From assembly GCA_016196465.1 (NCBI GenBank), contig JACPXR010000035.1, positions 1 to 55,270 on the forward strand: 55,270 nt of DNA, read 5' to 3'. Numbering within the stretch: position 1 is the stretch's first letter; every line of letters begins with the position of its first letter. The notes below the pieces were generated by a model, which was given only the letters and a program-made list of their open reading frames with translations, did no database searches and had not been told where the DNA came from. The position numbers were made by a program, and so were the translations under genes. The stretch is from Candidatus Omnitrophota bacterium. Lineage in GTDB: Bacteria > Omnitrophota > Gorgyraeia > 1-14-0-20-64-10. Below are positions 9,436-19,828 of this stretch, in pieces.

Positions 9436-11465
9436 AGAAAAAGGCCCTCGTGATCGTGGAGTCTCCCACCAAGGCGAGGACCCTGGACCGCTTCCTGGGG
9501 GAGTCGTACAAGGTGATCGCCTCTCAGGGCCACGTGATGGATCTTCCAGCCAGCTCCTTCGGCGTGGACCTGGAGCACAATTTCGCCCCCAAATACATCG
9601 TGATCATGAGGAAGCGCAAAATCGTCAAGGAGCTGAAAGAAGCCGCCTCCAAACACGACGAGCTTTACCTGGCCACCGACCCCGACCGCGAAGGAGAGGC
9701 GATCAGCAAACATCTGGCTGTTCTTCTGGGAAAGGGGAAGAAGGTGCACCGGGCGGTCTTCCACGAGATCACCCCGGACGCCGTCAAGGCGGCGTTCCAG
9801 CATCCGAAGGCCCTCGATGAGCACAAGGTGGAGGCCCAGCAGGCCCGGAGGATCCTCGACCGGATCCTCGGATACAGCTTGTCCCCTCTTTTATGGAAGA
9901 AAGTCGGGCGGGGCTTGAGCGCGGGGCGCGTCCAATCGGTGACCCTTCGCCTCATCGTGGACCGGGAGAGGGAGATCCGGGCTTTCGTCCCCCAGGAGTA
10001 CTGGGAGATCACGGCGACCCTCGAGAAGCTTCACCCCGAGGGCAAGGAGCCGGGGCGTTTCATCGCTTCCCTTGAGACCGTGGACGGGGTGAAGGCCGAT
10101 CTGAAGGCCGAAGGGGAATCCCGGAAGCTGGTGGAAGAGCTTCAAGGGCTTCCCTTTGTCGTCAGCGGCGTCTCCCAGAAGGTCCAGCAGAGGAATCCCT
10201 CGCCCCCCTTCACCACGAGCACCCTTCAGCAGGAGGCCTTCAACAAGCTGGGCTTCACCGCGGCCCGGACGATGAGGATCTCCCAGCAGCTGTACGAGGG
10301 GATCGAGCTGGGGGCGGAGGGGCCCGTGGGCCTCATCACCTATATGCGGACCGACTCCGTGCAGGTGGCTTCCGAGGCGCAGTCCCAGGCTAAGGGTTTC
10401 ATCCGGAAGCAGTTCGGCGATTCCTTCCTCCCCGAACAGGCCCGGAAATACCGATCAGGACGCCGGGCCCAGGAGGCGCACGAGGCGGTCCGTCCGACCT
10501 CGGTCTCCCGAACGCCGGAGGGGATCAAGGGGTTTCTCGCCCCCGAGCAGTTGAAGCTCTACACATTGATCTGGAATCGTTTCTTGGCCAGCCAGATGAG
10601 CTCCGCCAGGATGGAGGTGACCAGCGTCGACATCGCCGCCGGACGGAGCGGGTTCAGGGCGAGCGGAACGAAGGTCCTTTTCCCGGGGTTCCTGAAGGTC
10701 TTTCAGTCGGAGGAGAATCAGGAGACCGAGGAGCCCTCATCGGGGACTCAGCTTCTGCCGGCCCTGAAAAAAGGGGAGAAGCTGAAGGCCCTCTCCATCG
10801 AACCGAGCCAGCACTTTACCAAGGCCCCTCCCCGGTACACGGAGGCCTCCCTGATCCGGACGATGGAGGAGCTGGGGATCGGGCGGCCTTCCACCTATGC
10901 CCCCACCCTCCAGACGATTTCCGAGCGGGGCTATGTTCACCGCCAGGGACGGGCCCTGGTCCCCGCGGAGCTGGGGGAAACGGTGACGGATCTCTTGTCC
11001 GAGCATTTCCCCAAGGTGCTGGATGTCAAGTTCACCGCCCGGCTGGAGGAGGAGCTCGATGAGGTGGAAGAGGGCCTTCAGCCGTGGACCGGATGCGTGA
11101 AAGAGTTCTACGAGCCCTTTGCCGAGGCCCTGAAGACGGCCGCGACCGAGATGAAGTCGGTCAAGCAGGCCCCCGTCCCCACCGATGAGACCTGTCCCCA
11201 GTGCGGGAAAGTGATCGTCATCAAATGGGGCCGCAACGGAAAATTCCTCAGCTGCTCCGGCTTTCCCGCCTGCCGGTTCGCCAAGCCGATCCCCAGCGGC
11301 GTCAAATGCCCTGAGCCCGGCTGCGGGGGAGATCTCATCCAGCGCAGGTCCCGCCGCGGCTTCTTCTTCGGCTGCTCCAATTACCCCGCCTGCCGGCACA
11401 TTGCCAGGCAGCTTCCACCTCCCCCCGGCCATTCCGGAGAGCAGGCAGCCAGTTCCGCGGCGTGA
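9432..11465 (+). CDS. topA: DNA topoisomerase I
   Basis: ATG 9432. Toprim start KKALVIVESPTKARTL, active-site region GLITYMRTDS, C-terminal Cys4 zinc fingers. The listed ORF start 9177 is an extension into dprA. Confidence 0.95.
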   Translation: MKKKALVIVESPTKARTLDRFLGESYKVIASQGHVMDLPASSFGVDLEHNFAPKYIVIMRKRKIVKELKEAASKHDELYLATDPDREGEAISKHLAVLLGKGKKVHRAVFHEITPDAVKAAFQHPKALDEHKVEAQQARRILDRILGYSLSPLLWKKVGRGLSAGRVQSVTLRLIVDREREIRAFVPQEYWEITATLEKLHPEGKEPGRFIASLETVDGVKADLKAEGESRKLVEELQGLPFVVSGVSQKVQQRNPSPPFTTSTLQQEAFNKLGFTAARTMRISQQLYEGIELGAEGPVGLITYMRTDSVQVASEAQSQAKGFIRKQFGDSFLPEQARKYRSGRRAQEAHEAVRPTSVSRTPEGIKGFLAPEQLKLYTLIWNRFLASQMSSARMEVTSVDIAAGRSGFRASGTKVLFPGFLKVFQSEENQETEEPSSGTQLLPALKKGEKLKALSIEPSQHFTKAPPRYTEASLIRTMEELGIGRPSTYAPTLQTISERGYVHRQGRALVPAELGETVTDLLSEHFPKVLDVKFTARLEEELDEVEEGLQPWTGCVKEFYEPFAEALKTAATEMKSVKQAPVPTDETCPQCGKVIVIKWGRNGKFLSCSGFPACRFAKPIPSGVKCPEPGCGGDLIQRRSRRGFFFGCSNYPACRHIARQLPPPPGHSGEQAASSAA

Positions 11466-12349
11466 CGCAAGGTCCCATGGATCGCTTTGTGGAAAAATTC
11501 CTCAACTACCTCAAGATCGAACGGAACGCCTCTCCCCACACCCTCCGCAACTACGCGGCGGACCTGGAGATCCTCCGGAAGAATCTGGGGGATGCCCCGT
11601 GGGAGAAGGTGGGGCTTATCCCTCTGCGCCAGTTTGTCGCCGATCAGCGGGCAAAGAACATTTCCAAGGGGACGATCGCCCGGCGGGTGGCGACGATCCG
11701 GTCTTTCTTCCGTTTTCTCTGCCGGGACGGTTATCTCCCGGCCAATTGCGCCCTGGGCTTGACCCGTCCGAAACTGGACAGGAAACTGCCCGCCTTCTTG
11801 AGCGTCGATGAAGCGAGGCGTCTGGTCGAGGCCCCGCAGGGAGATTCCTTCGCCCCTCTTCGGGACCGGGCGATCCTGGAAACCCTCTACTCCGCCGGCT
11901 TGAGGGTGAGCGAGCTGGCCGGCCTGCGCGTCCGGGACGTGGATTTGATCAGCGAGACCCTCCGGGTGATGGGGAAGGGAAGAAAAGAGCGCCTCGTTCC
12001 CGTCGGCTCCTACAGCATCCAGGCGATCCGCCGGTATCTGAAATCTCTTCCGCCCGCCAAGGGCGAGCCCGATCATTTCCTTTTTCAAAACCGCCTCCAT
12101 GGCCCCCTCACCGACCGTTCCGTCCGGCGGGTCCTCAACCGGTATCTCCTTCAGGCGAGCATCCAGCAGAAGATCTCCCCTCACGCCCTGCGGCATTCCT
12201 TCGCCACGCACCTCTTGGACCGGGGAGCCGATCTGCGCTCCGTTCAGGAGCTTCTTGGACACAGCTCAGTGACGACCACCCAGGTGTACACCCATGTCAC
12301 CACGGAGCGGATGAAGCGGGTCTATGAAGCCGCCCATCCGAGGGCTTGA
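11462..12349 (+). CDS. xerC: tyrosine recombinase XerC/XerD family
   Basis: N-terminal SAM-like domain (FLNYLKIERNASPHTLRNY). Catalytic R...HALRHSFATHLL...LGHSSVTTTQVYTHV. GTG 11462 overlaps the topA stop; ATG 11477 is an alternative start. Confidence 0.88.
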   Translation: MTQGPMDRFVEKFLNYLKIERNASPHTLRNYAADLEILRKNLGDAPWEKVGLIPLRQFVADQRAKNISKGTIARRVATIRSFFRFLCRDGYLPANCALGLTRPKLDRKLPAFLSVDEARRLVEAPQGDSFAPLRDRAILETLYSAGLRVSELAGLRVRDVDLISETLRVMGKGRKERLVPVGSYSIQAIRRYLKSLPPAKGEPDHFLFQNRLHGPLTDRSVRRVLNRYLLQASIQQKISPHALRHSFATHLLDRGADLRSVQELLGHSSVTTTQVYTHVTTERMKRVYEAAHPRA

Positions 12350-12355
12350 CCGCGC

Positions 12356-13666
12356 ATGACACGGCTCCTCTTGGGGATTTATCAGGCGGCCCTTCTCTTC
12401 GCGGGGATTCCGCTCCTTCTCTGGCGCTGGGCCCAGGGCAAAAGGACGCCCGGGATCCGCCAGAGGCTGGGCCTCTATGATCCTAAGCTTCTTCGCGCCC
12501 TGAATAGACTTCAATATCCGGTCTGGATCCACCTCGTCAGCGTCGGAGAAGTGATGGCGGCCAAAGTCCTCATCGAGGAGCTTCGGAGGAGATTTCCGGA
12601 GAAGCCCTGGGTGATCACCACGGTGACCCCGACCGGGTACTCCGTGGCCAGGGAGCTTCTCCGGGGAGGCCGGGACCAGCTCCTCTATCTGCCGTGGGAT
12701 TTCGGGCCGGTGGTCCGCCGGGCGATTGAAGCGATCCGGCCCTGCCTCTTTCTCGTCTTCGAGACGGAGTTGTGGCCTTGCCTTTTTCACGGATTGGCGG
12801 CCCGCCGGGTGCCGATCGTTCTGGTCAACGGAAGAATCTCTCCGGGCGCCTACCGCCGGTACCTTTTGGGGCGGTTTTTCATGCGGAGGGTCCTCGCCCC
12901 CGTGGGCCTCGTGATCACTCAAAGCCCTCAGGATGCCAGGCGCTACGCCGCCCTCGGAGCGGCCAAGGACCGGATCGCGGTGACCGGAAACATCAAATGG
13001 GACCTCCAGTCCCCCGGAAACGGCTCCCCGGATTCCCCCTCCTTCCGGGAGGTTCTTCGTCTGCCGCCGGAGGCGGTCCTCTGGACCGCCGGTTCCACCC
13101 ATCCCAAGGAGGAGAAGATCCTCCTCGCCGCTTTCCTGCGCTTGAAAAGCGCGCACCCGGCCCTGCGGCTTCTCATCGCCCCCCGGCATCCGGAGCGGGT
13201 CGGGCAGGTCGAGGAAGAGGCTGAGGGCCTGGGGGTGAGGACCCTGCGGCGCTCCCGCTTGAAGGAGGGAGTCGCGTCGGAGGCGGATTCAGTGATCCTT
13301 CTCGACACCCTGGGAGAGCTGACGGAGGCTTACCGGGCCAGCGACCTTGTTTTCGTGGGAGGGTCCCTCGTTCCTCATGGGGGACACAACCTCATCGAGC
13401 CGGCCCTGAGCCGGCGCCCGATTCTCACGGGGCCCCACCTGCACAATTTCCAGACGATCGCCGAATCGCTGATCGCCGCGGGGGGAGTTCAGATAGTGGA
13501 GTCCCAGCAGGGATTGGAGGCGGCCGCGGCCCGGCTTCTTGCCGATTCCCGCGCCCGAGAGGAGCTTGGGAATCGCGCCCACGGCGCCATTCAAGGGCAC
13601 CGCGGAGCAACGGCCCGGACGGTGGAGCTGATCCTCCGGAAATACGAGAAGGCGTTTCTTTCGTGA
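12356..13666 (+). CDS. waaA: 3-deoxy-D-manno-octulosonic acid (Kdo) transferase
   Basis: VWIHLVSVGEVMAAKVLIEELRRRFP motif, 436 aa, adjacent to lpxK. Confidence 0.9.
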   Translation: MTRLLLGIYQAALLFAGIPLLLWRWAQGKRTPGIRQRLGLYDPKLLRALNRLQYPVWIHLVSVGEVMAAKVLIEELRRRFPEKPWVITTVTPTGYSVARELLRGGRDQLLYLPWDFGPVVRRAIEAIRPCLFLVFETELWPCLFHGLAARRVPIVLVNGRISPGAYRRYLLGRFFMRRVLAPVGLVITQSPQDARRYAALGAAKDRIAVTGNIKWDLQSPGNGSPDSPSFREVLRLPPEAVLWTAGSTHPKEEKILLAAFLRLKSAHPALRLLIAPRHPERVGQVEEEAEGLGVRTLRRSRLKEGVASEADSVILLDTLGELTEAYRASDLVFVGGSLVPHGGHNLIEPALSRRPILTGPHLHNFQTIAESLIAAGGVQIVESQQGLEAAAARLLADSRAREELGNRAHGAIQGHRGATARTVELILRKYEKAFLS

Positions 13667-14679
13667 GACTGAAGCGACATCCCGGCCTGGTCGAATTGTT
13701 CCTGGGAGGAGGGGAGCTTTTGTACGGGTTTGGCTTGAAGGCGGTTCATGCCCTTTACGAAAAAAAACTCCTTCCGGTCCACACCCTCAAGGCCCCAGTG
13801 GTCAGCGTCGGCAATCTCACCTGGGGAGGGACGGGGAAAACCCCCCTGGTCCTTCAGCTGGCCCAGGGGCTGAAGAAGAAGGGATACCAGGTGGCGGTCC
13901 TGACCCGGGGCTACGGGCGGGATGAATCGAAGCTTTTGTCCCAACGGCTCGCACCCATTCCGGTCCTCGTGGATCCCGACCGGGTCGCCTCGGGGGCCCG
14001 GGCGGTCAGGGAGAAGGGGGCGAACCTCCTCCTTCTTGACGACGGCTACCAGCAGTGGCGGCTGAAGAAGGATGTGGAGATTCTGACCATCGACGCCACC
14101 CTCCCCTTTGGAAACGGACACCTCATTCCCCGGGGGATCCTCCGGGAGCCCAAAGAAAACGTCCTTCGGGCGGATCTGATCGTCCTGACCAAGGTGGACG
14201 GAAATCCAGAGGGGGCCAAGGGGCTGAAAAAAGAGCTTGAGGCCTTAAACCCGGACGCGCGGATCTTCTTCTGCCGCTACCGGCCGGTCCATCTGGCCTC
14301 CTGGCCCTCGGAGAGGAAGCTGGCCCTGGAGGAGCTCCGCTCGAAGAGGGTCTGCGCCCTCAGCGGGATCGCCCGCCCGGAACCGTTTGAGGCGGCGGTG
14401 GAGAAACTGGGGGCGCAGGTCGTCCTCAAGATCAGGGTTCAGGATCATCATCCCTACACGGCCGGCGAGATGATCCGCATTTTGAGCCGCTGCAGGCGGC
14501 ATGGGGTCCGGCATCTGGTGACGACGGCGAAGGATGCTGTGAGGATTCCGCCGCTCCTCACCGACGCGCTGGGGAAGGACTTGGGAGGGATCGAGGTGTG
14601 GGTCCTGGAGGTCCAGATGGAGTTTGAGCCCGATGAAGGCGAGCTTTTACACCGAATCGATTCTCTACTGGCTCGCTAG
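13663..14679 (+). CDS. lpxK: tetraacyldisaccharide 4'-kinase
   Basis: GTG 13663 overlaps the waaA stop. VVSVGNLTWGGTGKTPLV P-loop and VLTRGYGR. 338 aa. Confidence 0.9.
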   Translation: MRLKRHPGLVELFLGGGELLYGFGLKAVHALYEKKLLPVHTLKAPVVSVGNLTWGGTGKTPLVLQLAQGLKKKGYQVAVLTRGYGRDESKLLSQRLAPIPVLVDPDRVASGARAVREKGANLLLLDDGYQQWRLKKDVEILTIDATLPFGNGHLIPRGILREPKENVLRADLIVLTKVDGNPEGAKGLKKELEALNPDARIFFCRYRPVHLASWPSERKLALEELRSKRVCALSGIARPEPFEAAVEKLGAQVVLKIRVQDHHPYTAGEMIRILSRCRRHGVRHLVTTAKDAVRIPPLLTDALGKDLGGIEVWVLEVQMEFEPDEGELLHRIDSLLAR

Positions 14680-16639
14680 GGCCACGAGCGAAATCGTCCA
14701 GCGGCTCTCTCCCTCCGCCAGCGCCCGGCTGGGCCGATGGGCGGGGAACGCCGCTTTCTGTCTCTTGGGGCGCCGTCGGAAGGTCGCTCTCAAAAACCTT
14801 CGGGCCGCTTTCGGAAGGGAGTACACCCTCGAACAGCACCAGCAGATTCTCAAGGAAATGTTTCAGAACCTCGGGATGACCTTCATGGAGGTGGCCCGCC
14901 TGCCGCGCTTTGACAGGGAGTATATGAAAGAGTGGATCCAGATCCCCCCGGAAAGCAGGCAACGACTGGAGGCCGCCTTAAGCAAGGGTCACGGGGCCAT
15001 TCTGCTCACCGCCCACTTCGGGAACTGGGAGCTGGGGGGCATCGTCTCGGCCCTGGAGGGCTATCCGATGCTGGTCCTGGCCCGGGAACAGGGCTGGCCC
15101 CGGCTCAATGGGCTCTTGACCCGGTACCGGGAGTCGAAGGGGTGCGAGGTGGTCACGAAAGGATTTCCTCTGCGGCGGCTGATCCGGGGCCTGCAGGAGG
15201 AAGGGAAGGTGGTGGGGATCCTTGCCGACCAGGATGGAGGAAGAAACGGCCTCCTCGCTCCCTTTTTCGGACGGTTGGCCTCGACGGCGCCGGGGGCCGC
15301 GGCCCTCTCCATCAGCACGGGCGCCCCGCTGCTCCCCTCTTTTGTTCTGCGAAAAGAGGGGGCGGCCCACGCGGTTCTTCTGGGGGATCCCCTTCCGATT
15401 CCGGAGTCGGGGACCCTGGAGGAGCGGGTGAGGGCGGGGGTGGAGCTTTATCTGAGGCGGCTCGAGGAGATGGTCCGCCGGGCCCCCAGCCAGTGGCTCT
15501 GGCTGCACCGGCGGTGGAAATCTTCCCCGGAAAGGCGGGCCCTTCTCATGAGCGACGGGAAGACCGGCCACCTCAACCAATCCAGGGCCCTGGTCGAGAA
15601 GATGGAGGAGGCCTGGAAGAGGCGGTGCGGCGAGGACCGCCGGCTGAAGGGAATCCACCGGCCTCTTTTCAAGACGGAGGTGGTGGAGGTGAAGTACAGG
15701 CATCCTCTCGCCCGCTGGGTTCTCGGGTTTGTGGCGGCGGTCTCCGGCGGCGGAGCCCCCGGGGCCGACCGGTGGCTTCGCCTCTGTCTTTCGAGGGATT
15801 CCTACGACAGCTTCCGCTCCGCCTACGCCGATTACTCGATCTCCTGCGGCGCCGGGGCGGCGCCGGTCAACCTCCTCTGGGGCAGGGCGCTGGGGTGCAG
15901 GACCGTTCACCTCAACCGGTCGGTCTGGCCTTCCTGGAAACGGTTCGATCTGGCGGTGGTCCCCGAGCACGACCATCCGCCCCGGGTGCGCCCCCCGAAC
16001 CTTTGGGTGATCCAGGGGGCGTTGGTCTCCCGGCACCGGGCCGAGATCGGCCGGGAGGGGGACTGGCGGAGGAAACTCAATCTGAAAAGCTCCCGGCAGA
16101 TCGGGCTCTTGATCGGAGGCCCGGCGAAGGGGGTCGAGCTGAAGACAGAGCAGATGGAGGAGATGCTGGGAGGGCTCCTCCGGGCGGTTGAAGCGCTGGA
16201 TGGAGAGCTTCTCATCACCACCTCCCGGCGGACGCCCCCCCTGTTGGAGTCCCTTCTTCTCGACCGGCTTCTTCGGCATCCCCGCTGCCGCCTCCTCACG
16301 CTGGCCAACCGGAATGAGGCCGGGGGGCTTGGGTCTGTGGCGGAAGCGGTCCCCTGCATCCTCGGGCTTTCCGAGGCGCTGGTGGTCTCCGGGGACTCCA
16401 TTTCGATGGTTTCGGAAGCGCTGGAGAGCATGAAGCCGGTGGTGGCCTTTCTTCCTCTGGGGACCAACGGCTCCAAGTACCACCGCTTCCTCGGCGGTTT
16501 AAGCTCGCAAGGGGCGCTGAAGCTCGTGGCCCCGGCGGCCGTCGGAGAGGCGGTTTGCTCCGCTCTCCTTGAGAAATCAGAAGGTTCAGAGCCCAAAGGC
16601 CCTGACCCCCTCGTGGAGCGGCTCGTCTCATGGCTTTGA
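14624..16639 (+). CDS. fusion protein: LpxL/HtrB-family lipid A late acyltransferase (N-terminal half) + ELM1/DUF1022-like putative glycosyltransferase (C-terminal half)
   Basis: N-terminal half has KVALKNLRAAFG and LLTAHFGNWELGG (the HX4D-region equivalent). The C-terminal half begins SDGKTGHLNQSRAL, as in ELM1-family proteins. Junction near 15530. The start (14624 or 14633) overlaps the lpxK 3' end. Confidence 0.7.
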   Translation: MSPMKASFYTESILYWLARATSEIVQRLSPSASARLGRWAGNAAFCLLGRRRKVALKNLRAAFGREYTLEQHQQILKEMFQNLGMTFMEVARLPRFDREYMKEWIQIPPESRQRLEAALSKGHGAILLTAHFGNWELGGIVSALEGYPMLVLAREQGWPRLNGLLTRYRESKGCEVVTKGFPLRRLIRGLQEEGKVVGILADQDGGRNGLLAPFFGRLASTAPGAAALSISTGAPLLPSFVLRKEGAAHAVLLGDPLPIPESGTLEERVRAGVELYLRRLEEMVRRAPSQWLWLHRRWKSSPERRALLMSDGKTGHLNQSRALVEKMEEAWKRRCGEDRRLKGIHRPLFKTEVVEVKYRHPLARWVLGFVAAVSGGGAPGADRWLRLCLSRDSYDSFRSAYADYSISCGAGAAPVNLLWGRALGCRTVHLNRSVWPSWKRFDLAVVPEHDHPPRVRPPNLWVIQGALVSRHRAEIGREGDWRRKLNLKSSRQIGLLIGGPAKGVELKTEQMEEMLGGLLRAVEALDGELLITTSRRTPPLLESLLLDRLLRHPRCRLLTLANRNEAGGLGSVAEAVPCILGLSEALVVSGDSISMVSEALESMKPVVAFLPLGTNGSKYHRFLGGLSSQGALKLVAPAAVGEAVCSALLEKSEGSEPKGPDPLVERLVSWL

Positions 16640-16652
16640 TGGTTCGACCAGA

Positions 16653-18803
16653 ATGAACGTCCTTCAGATCGTTCCTTCCCTCCGGCTCGGGGGGGTGGAA
16701 ACCGGCACGCTGGACATGGCCCGGGCCCTCATCACGAAGGGCCACCGGGCCCTTGTGATCTCTTCCGGGGGGCCTCTCGTCTCCTCCCTCGAGGCGATGG
16801 GGGCGATCCATTACGTCCTGCCCGTGGACCGGAAAAATCCCTGGACGATCCTCGCCATGGCCCGCAGGGTTTCCGAGGTGGTGGAGTCTCACGAGGTGGA
16901 TGTGATTCACGCCCGCAGCCGGGTGCCGGCGATCATCGGGGTTCTGGCTTGGGCGGCGGTGGCGCGTCGGGCGAGCTTCCGGGCGAACGACCGCCAGCGC
17001 CTCCCCTGCTTCATCACGACCGCCCACGGGATGTACCGGCCCCACCCCTTCAGCCGGGTGATGGGATGGGGGCGGCTTGTCATCGCCATCTCCGAGAGGA
17101 TCGCCCGGCACATGATCGATCGGATGGGGGTTCCCCCGGAGCGGTTAAGACTCATTCCCCGCGGGGTGGAGCTGCAGAAATTCCCATGGAATGAACCGCG
17201 GCTTTCGGCGGACAAAGGGGAATGGCGGATCTGCACGATCGGGCGCCTCACCCCCTTGAAGGGACACAAGGACCTTCTGAGGGCCTTCGGGATCGTGGCG
17301 AAGACGTTTCCGCGCTCGCGGCTCCTCATCGTCGGGGAGGCCTCTCCGGGGGATGCCGGCTACGTGAAGGAGCTTCAGAATCTCATCGAGCGCCTCGGGC
17401 TGAAGGAACAGGTGGAGTTCACGGGGCGGGAGCCGGATGTGCCGCGGCTCCTTTCCAAAGCGGATCTTGCGGTCCTCGCCTCGACGGGAGAAGAGGGCTT
17501 CGGGCGGGTCCTCATCGAAGCGGCCGCGGCCGGCGTCCCGGTCGTTGCCACGCGCGTGGGGGGTGTGGGGGAGGTGGTCATCGACAAAAAAACGGGGCTT
17601 CTCGTTCCTCCGGGCGACCCGATGGCGCTGGCCTCTTCCATGATGAATCTTCTCAAGGACAGGTCCTTCGCCCTGGAGCTGTCCAGACAGGGAAGGCGCC
17701 GGGTCGAGGCCCTCTTTCCCGTGGAGCGGATGACCGATCAGACGCTGGAGGCGTACAGGGAGGCCTCCGAGCGGCTGCGGATCCTCGTCGTGAAGTTGAG
17801 CGCGATCGGCGATGTGGCCCTCGTTACTCCGTCGCTGCGGGCCCTGCGGGGGCGATTTCCCAAGGCGCACCTCACGGTGCTGGTGGGCCGTTCCGCCCGG
17901 GAGCTTCTCCACCGCTGTCCTTACCTGGATGAGCTGATCGTCTTCGATCCGGCCCGGGACCGGAGCCCTTTAAGGATCTGGCGCCTGGCAGGAAAGCTCC
18001 GGTCCCTTCAGTTGGATCTTGTGGTTGATTTTCAGAACAGCCGGATCAGCCACTGGATCGGTTTTCTCGCCGGGGCCCCCCAGCGCTACGGCTACGGGGG
18101 AAGGCGGTGGAGTTGGCTCCTCACTCACCGGATGGAAGGGCTGTTCGCGCGGACGCCGCCCGTGGAGCAGCAGTTCCGCCTGCTGCAGCTTTTGGGGATC
18201 CAGGGGGCCACCGCCTCCCTGGAGCTGTGGCCGGGTCCCGCGGATGAGGCCCGCGTCGATGAAATCTTGCGGGACGCCTGGCTGGCCGAGCATCAACCCC
18301 TCGTCGTGATCCACCCCGGCGCCCAGTGGCTTTCCAAGCGTTGGCCCGTTCAGCGCTACGCCGATTTGATCGACCGTCTGGCGGCCGCCGCCAAGGTCCG
18401 GGTGGTGTTGACCGGCTCGGCCTCCGAGCGGCCGATCGGGGAGGAGATCGCGATCCGCTCGAAGGCCAAGCCGATCCTCGCCATGGGGCTGACCTCTCTC
18501 AATGAGCTCAACGCGCTGGCCCGGCGGGCGCAGGCCTTTGTCAGCGGAGACACCGCCGGGCTCCACATCGCGGCCGCCGCGGGGGTGCCGCTGGTGGCCC
18601 TCTTTGGCTCCACCGATCCCCTCCGCCACCTGCCGCCCGCTCCCCAGGTGAAGTTGTTGAAGGCGGAGCTTCCCTGCTCCCCCTGCTACCGGAGGGTCTG
18701 CCCCCGGCCGGGCAACGGTCACATGGAATGCATGAGAAGGATCACCGTGGAGGAGGTGTTGGAGGCGGTCTTGAGTCACCTGAAGCTTCCGGTGCCCTCG
18801 TGA
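16653..18803 (+). CDS. fusion protein: GT4 glycosyltransferase (N-terminal half) + GT9 heptosyltransferase-family domain (C-terminal half)
   Basis: ATG 16653 (MNVLQIVPSLRLGGVE, a GT4 start; EGFGRVLIEAAAAGVPVVAT is the EX7E region). From about 17770, LRILVVKLSAIGDVALVTPSLRAL is a GT9 start, and GDTAGLHIAAAAGVPLVALFG is the GT9 C-terminal motif. Confidence 0.8.
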   Translation: MNVLQIVPSLRLGGVETGTLDMARALITKGHRALVISSGGPLVSSLEAMGAIHYVLPVDRKNPWTILAMARRVSEVVESHEVDVIHARSRVPAIIGVLAWAAVARRASFRANDRQRLPCFITTAHGMYRPHPFSRVMGWGRLVIAISERIARHMIDRMGVPPERLRLIPRGVELQKFPWNEPRLSADKGEWRICTIGRLTPLKGHKDLLRAFGIVAKTFPRSRLLIVGEASPGDAGYVKELQNLIERLGLKEQVEFTGREPDVPRLLSKADLAVLASTGEEGFGRVLIEAAAAGVPVVATRVGGVGEVVIDKKTGLLVPPGDPMALASSMMNLLKDRSFALELSRQGRRRVEALFPVERMTDQTLEAYREASERLRILVVKLSAIGDVALVTPSLRALRGRFPKAHLTVLVGRSARELLHRCPYLDELIVFDPARDRSPLRIWRLAGKLRSLQLDLVVDFQNSRISHWIGFLAGAPQRYGYGGRRWSWLLTHRMEGLFARTPPVEQQFRLLQLLGIQGATASLELWPGPADEARVDEILRDAWLAEHQPLVVIHPGAQWLSKRWPVQRYADLIDRLAAAAKVRVVLTGSASERPIGEEIAIRSKAKPILAMGLTSLNELNALARRAQAFVSGDTAGLHIAAAAGVPLVALFGSTDPLRHLPPAPQVKLLKAELPCSPCYRRVCPRPGNGHMECMRRITVEEVLEAVLSHLKLPVPS

Positions 18804-19828
18804 CGGGGACTCGAAAAAAGATCCTCATTGTGGCGGTGAACTGGATGGGGGACCTCCTCTTCATGACCCCGGCGATCCGGGCGATCCGGCGCGCCCATCC
18901 TGAAAGCCACATCGCCTGCCTCGTGGCGCCCCGGGGGGTGGAGCTCCTTTCCGGGAATCCCCACCTCGATGCCGTGATTCCCCTCGAGGAGCGGCGGGGC
19001 CTGGCCGGTTTCTTGCGCTGGAGCCCCCTCATCCGCCGCTTGAAGGGGGAACGGTTTGACGCTGCGTATCTTTTTCATCGCTCCTTCACCCGCACCCTGA
19101 TCGCCTGGGCGGCCGGGATCCGCCACCGGATCGGCTACCGCACCTGGAAACGGGGATGGCTCCTCACCCATTCGGCGGATCCCCCCCGGAAAGATTCGGT
19201 CCACAAGGCGGTCTGGTTTCTCAAAATGCTGGAGGCGGATGGGATCGTCCCGGATGGGATGGGGTACGACGCGGGGATCCTGAGAGAAGAGGAAGAGAGG
19301 GCCGCCTCACTTCTGCGGGAATGGGGGATTCTCCCCGAGGACCAACTGGTGGCCCTCCATGCCGGGGCCAATTGGAAGCTCAAACGCTGGCCGCTCGCCC
19401 ATTTCGCCGCCCTGGCCGATGCCCTGGCCGACCGTTGGGGGGCCAAGGTCCTTTTCGTGGGCGACAAAGGGGATCTTCCTCTTACCCGGGAGATCGCCGG
19501 ACGGATGAAGAGCCGCCCGATCCTCGCCGCGGGAAAGACCAGCTTCCGGGAACTGGGGGCCGTTTTGAAGCGGGCGAACCTCCTCATCTCGAACGATTCG
19601 GGACCTCTTCACATGGGGCTGGCGGCCGGAACGCCTGTCGTCGCCCTCTTCGGCCCCACCGATCCGAAGCTCACCGGCCCTCCTCAGGGTTCCAGGGGGG
19701 CCACCTTGTTTGGATCGATCGGGTGCCCCGTCCCCTGCTACCAGCTTCGGTGCCCGCTGAACCTCTGCATGCAGCAGATCACCGTCGAGGAGGTGCTGGC
19801 CGCGGTCCAGCCCTTTCTCGCTCGATGA
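18800..19828 (+). CDS. GT9-family glycosyltransferase (heptosyltransferase-like)
   Basis: GTG 18800 overlaps the upstream stop (GTGA). KILIVAVNWMGDLLFMTPAIRAI and NDSGPLHMGLAAGTPVVALFGPTDP. Confidence 0.85.
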   Translation: MTGTRKKILIVAVNWMGDLLFMTPAIRAIRRAHPESHIACLVAPRGVELLSGNPHLDAVIPLEERRGLAGFLRWSPLIRRLKGERFDAAYLFHRSFTRTLIAWAAGIRHRIGYRTWKRGWLLTHSADPPRKDSVHKAVWFLKMLEADGIVPDGMGYDAGILREEEERAASLLREWGILPEDQLVALHAGANWKLKRWPLAHFAALADALADRWGAKVLFVGDKGDLPLTREIAGRMKSRPILAAGKTSFRELGAVLKRANLLISNDSGPLHMGLAAGTPVVALFGPTDPKLTGPPQGSRGATLFGSIGCPVPCYQLRCPLNLCMQQITVEEVLAAVQPFLAR

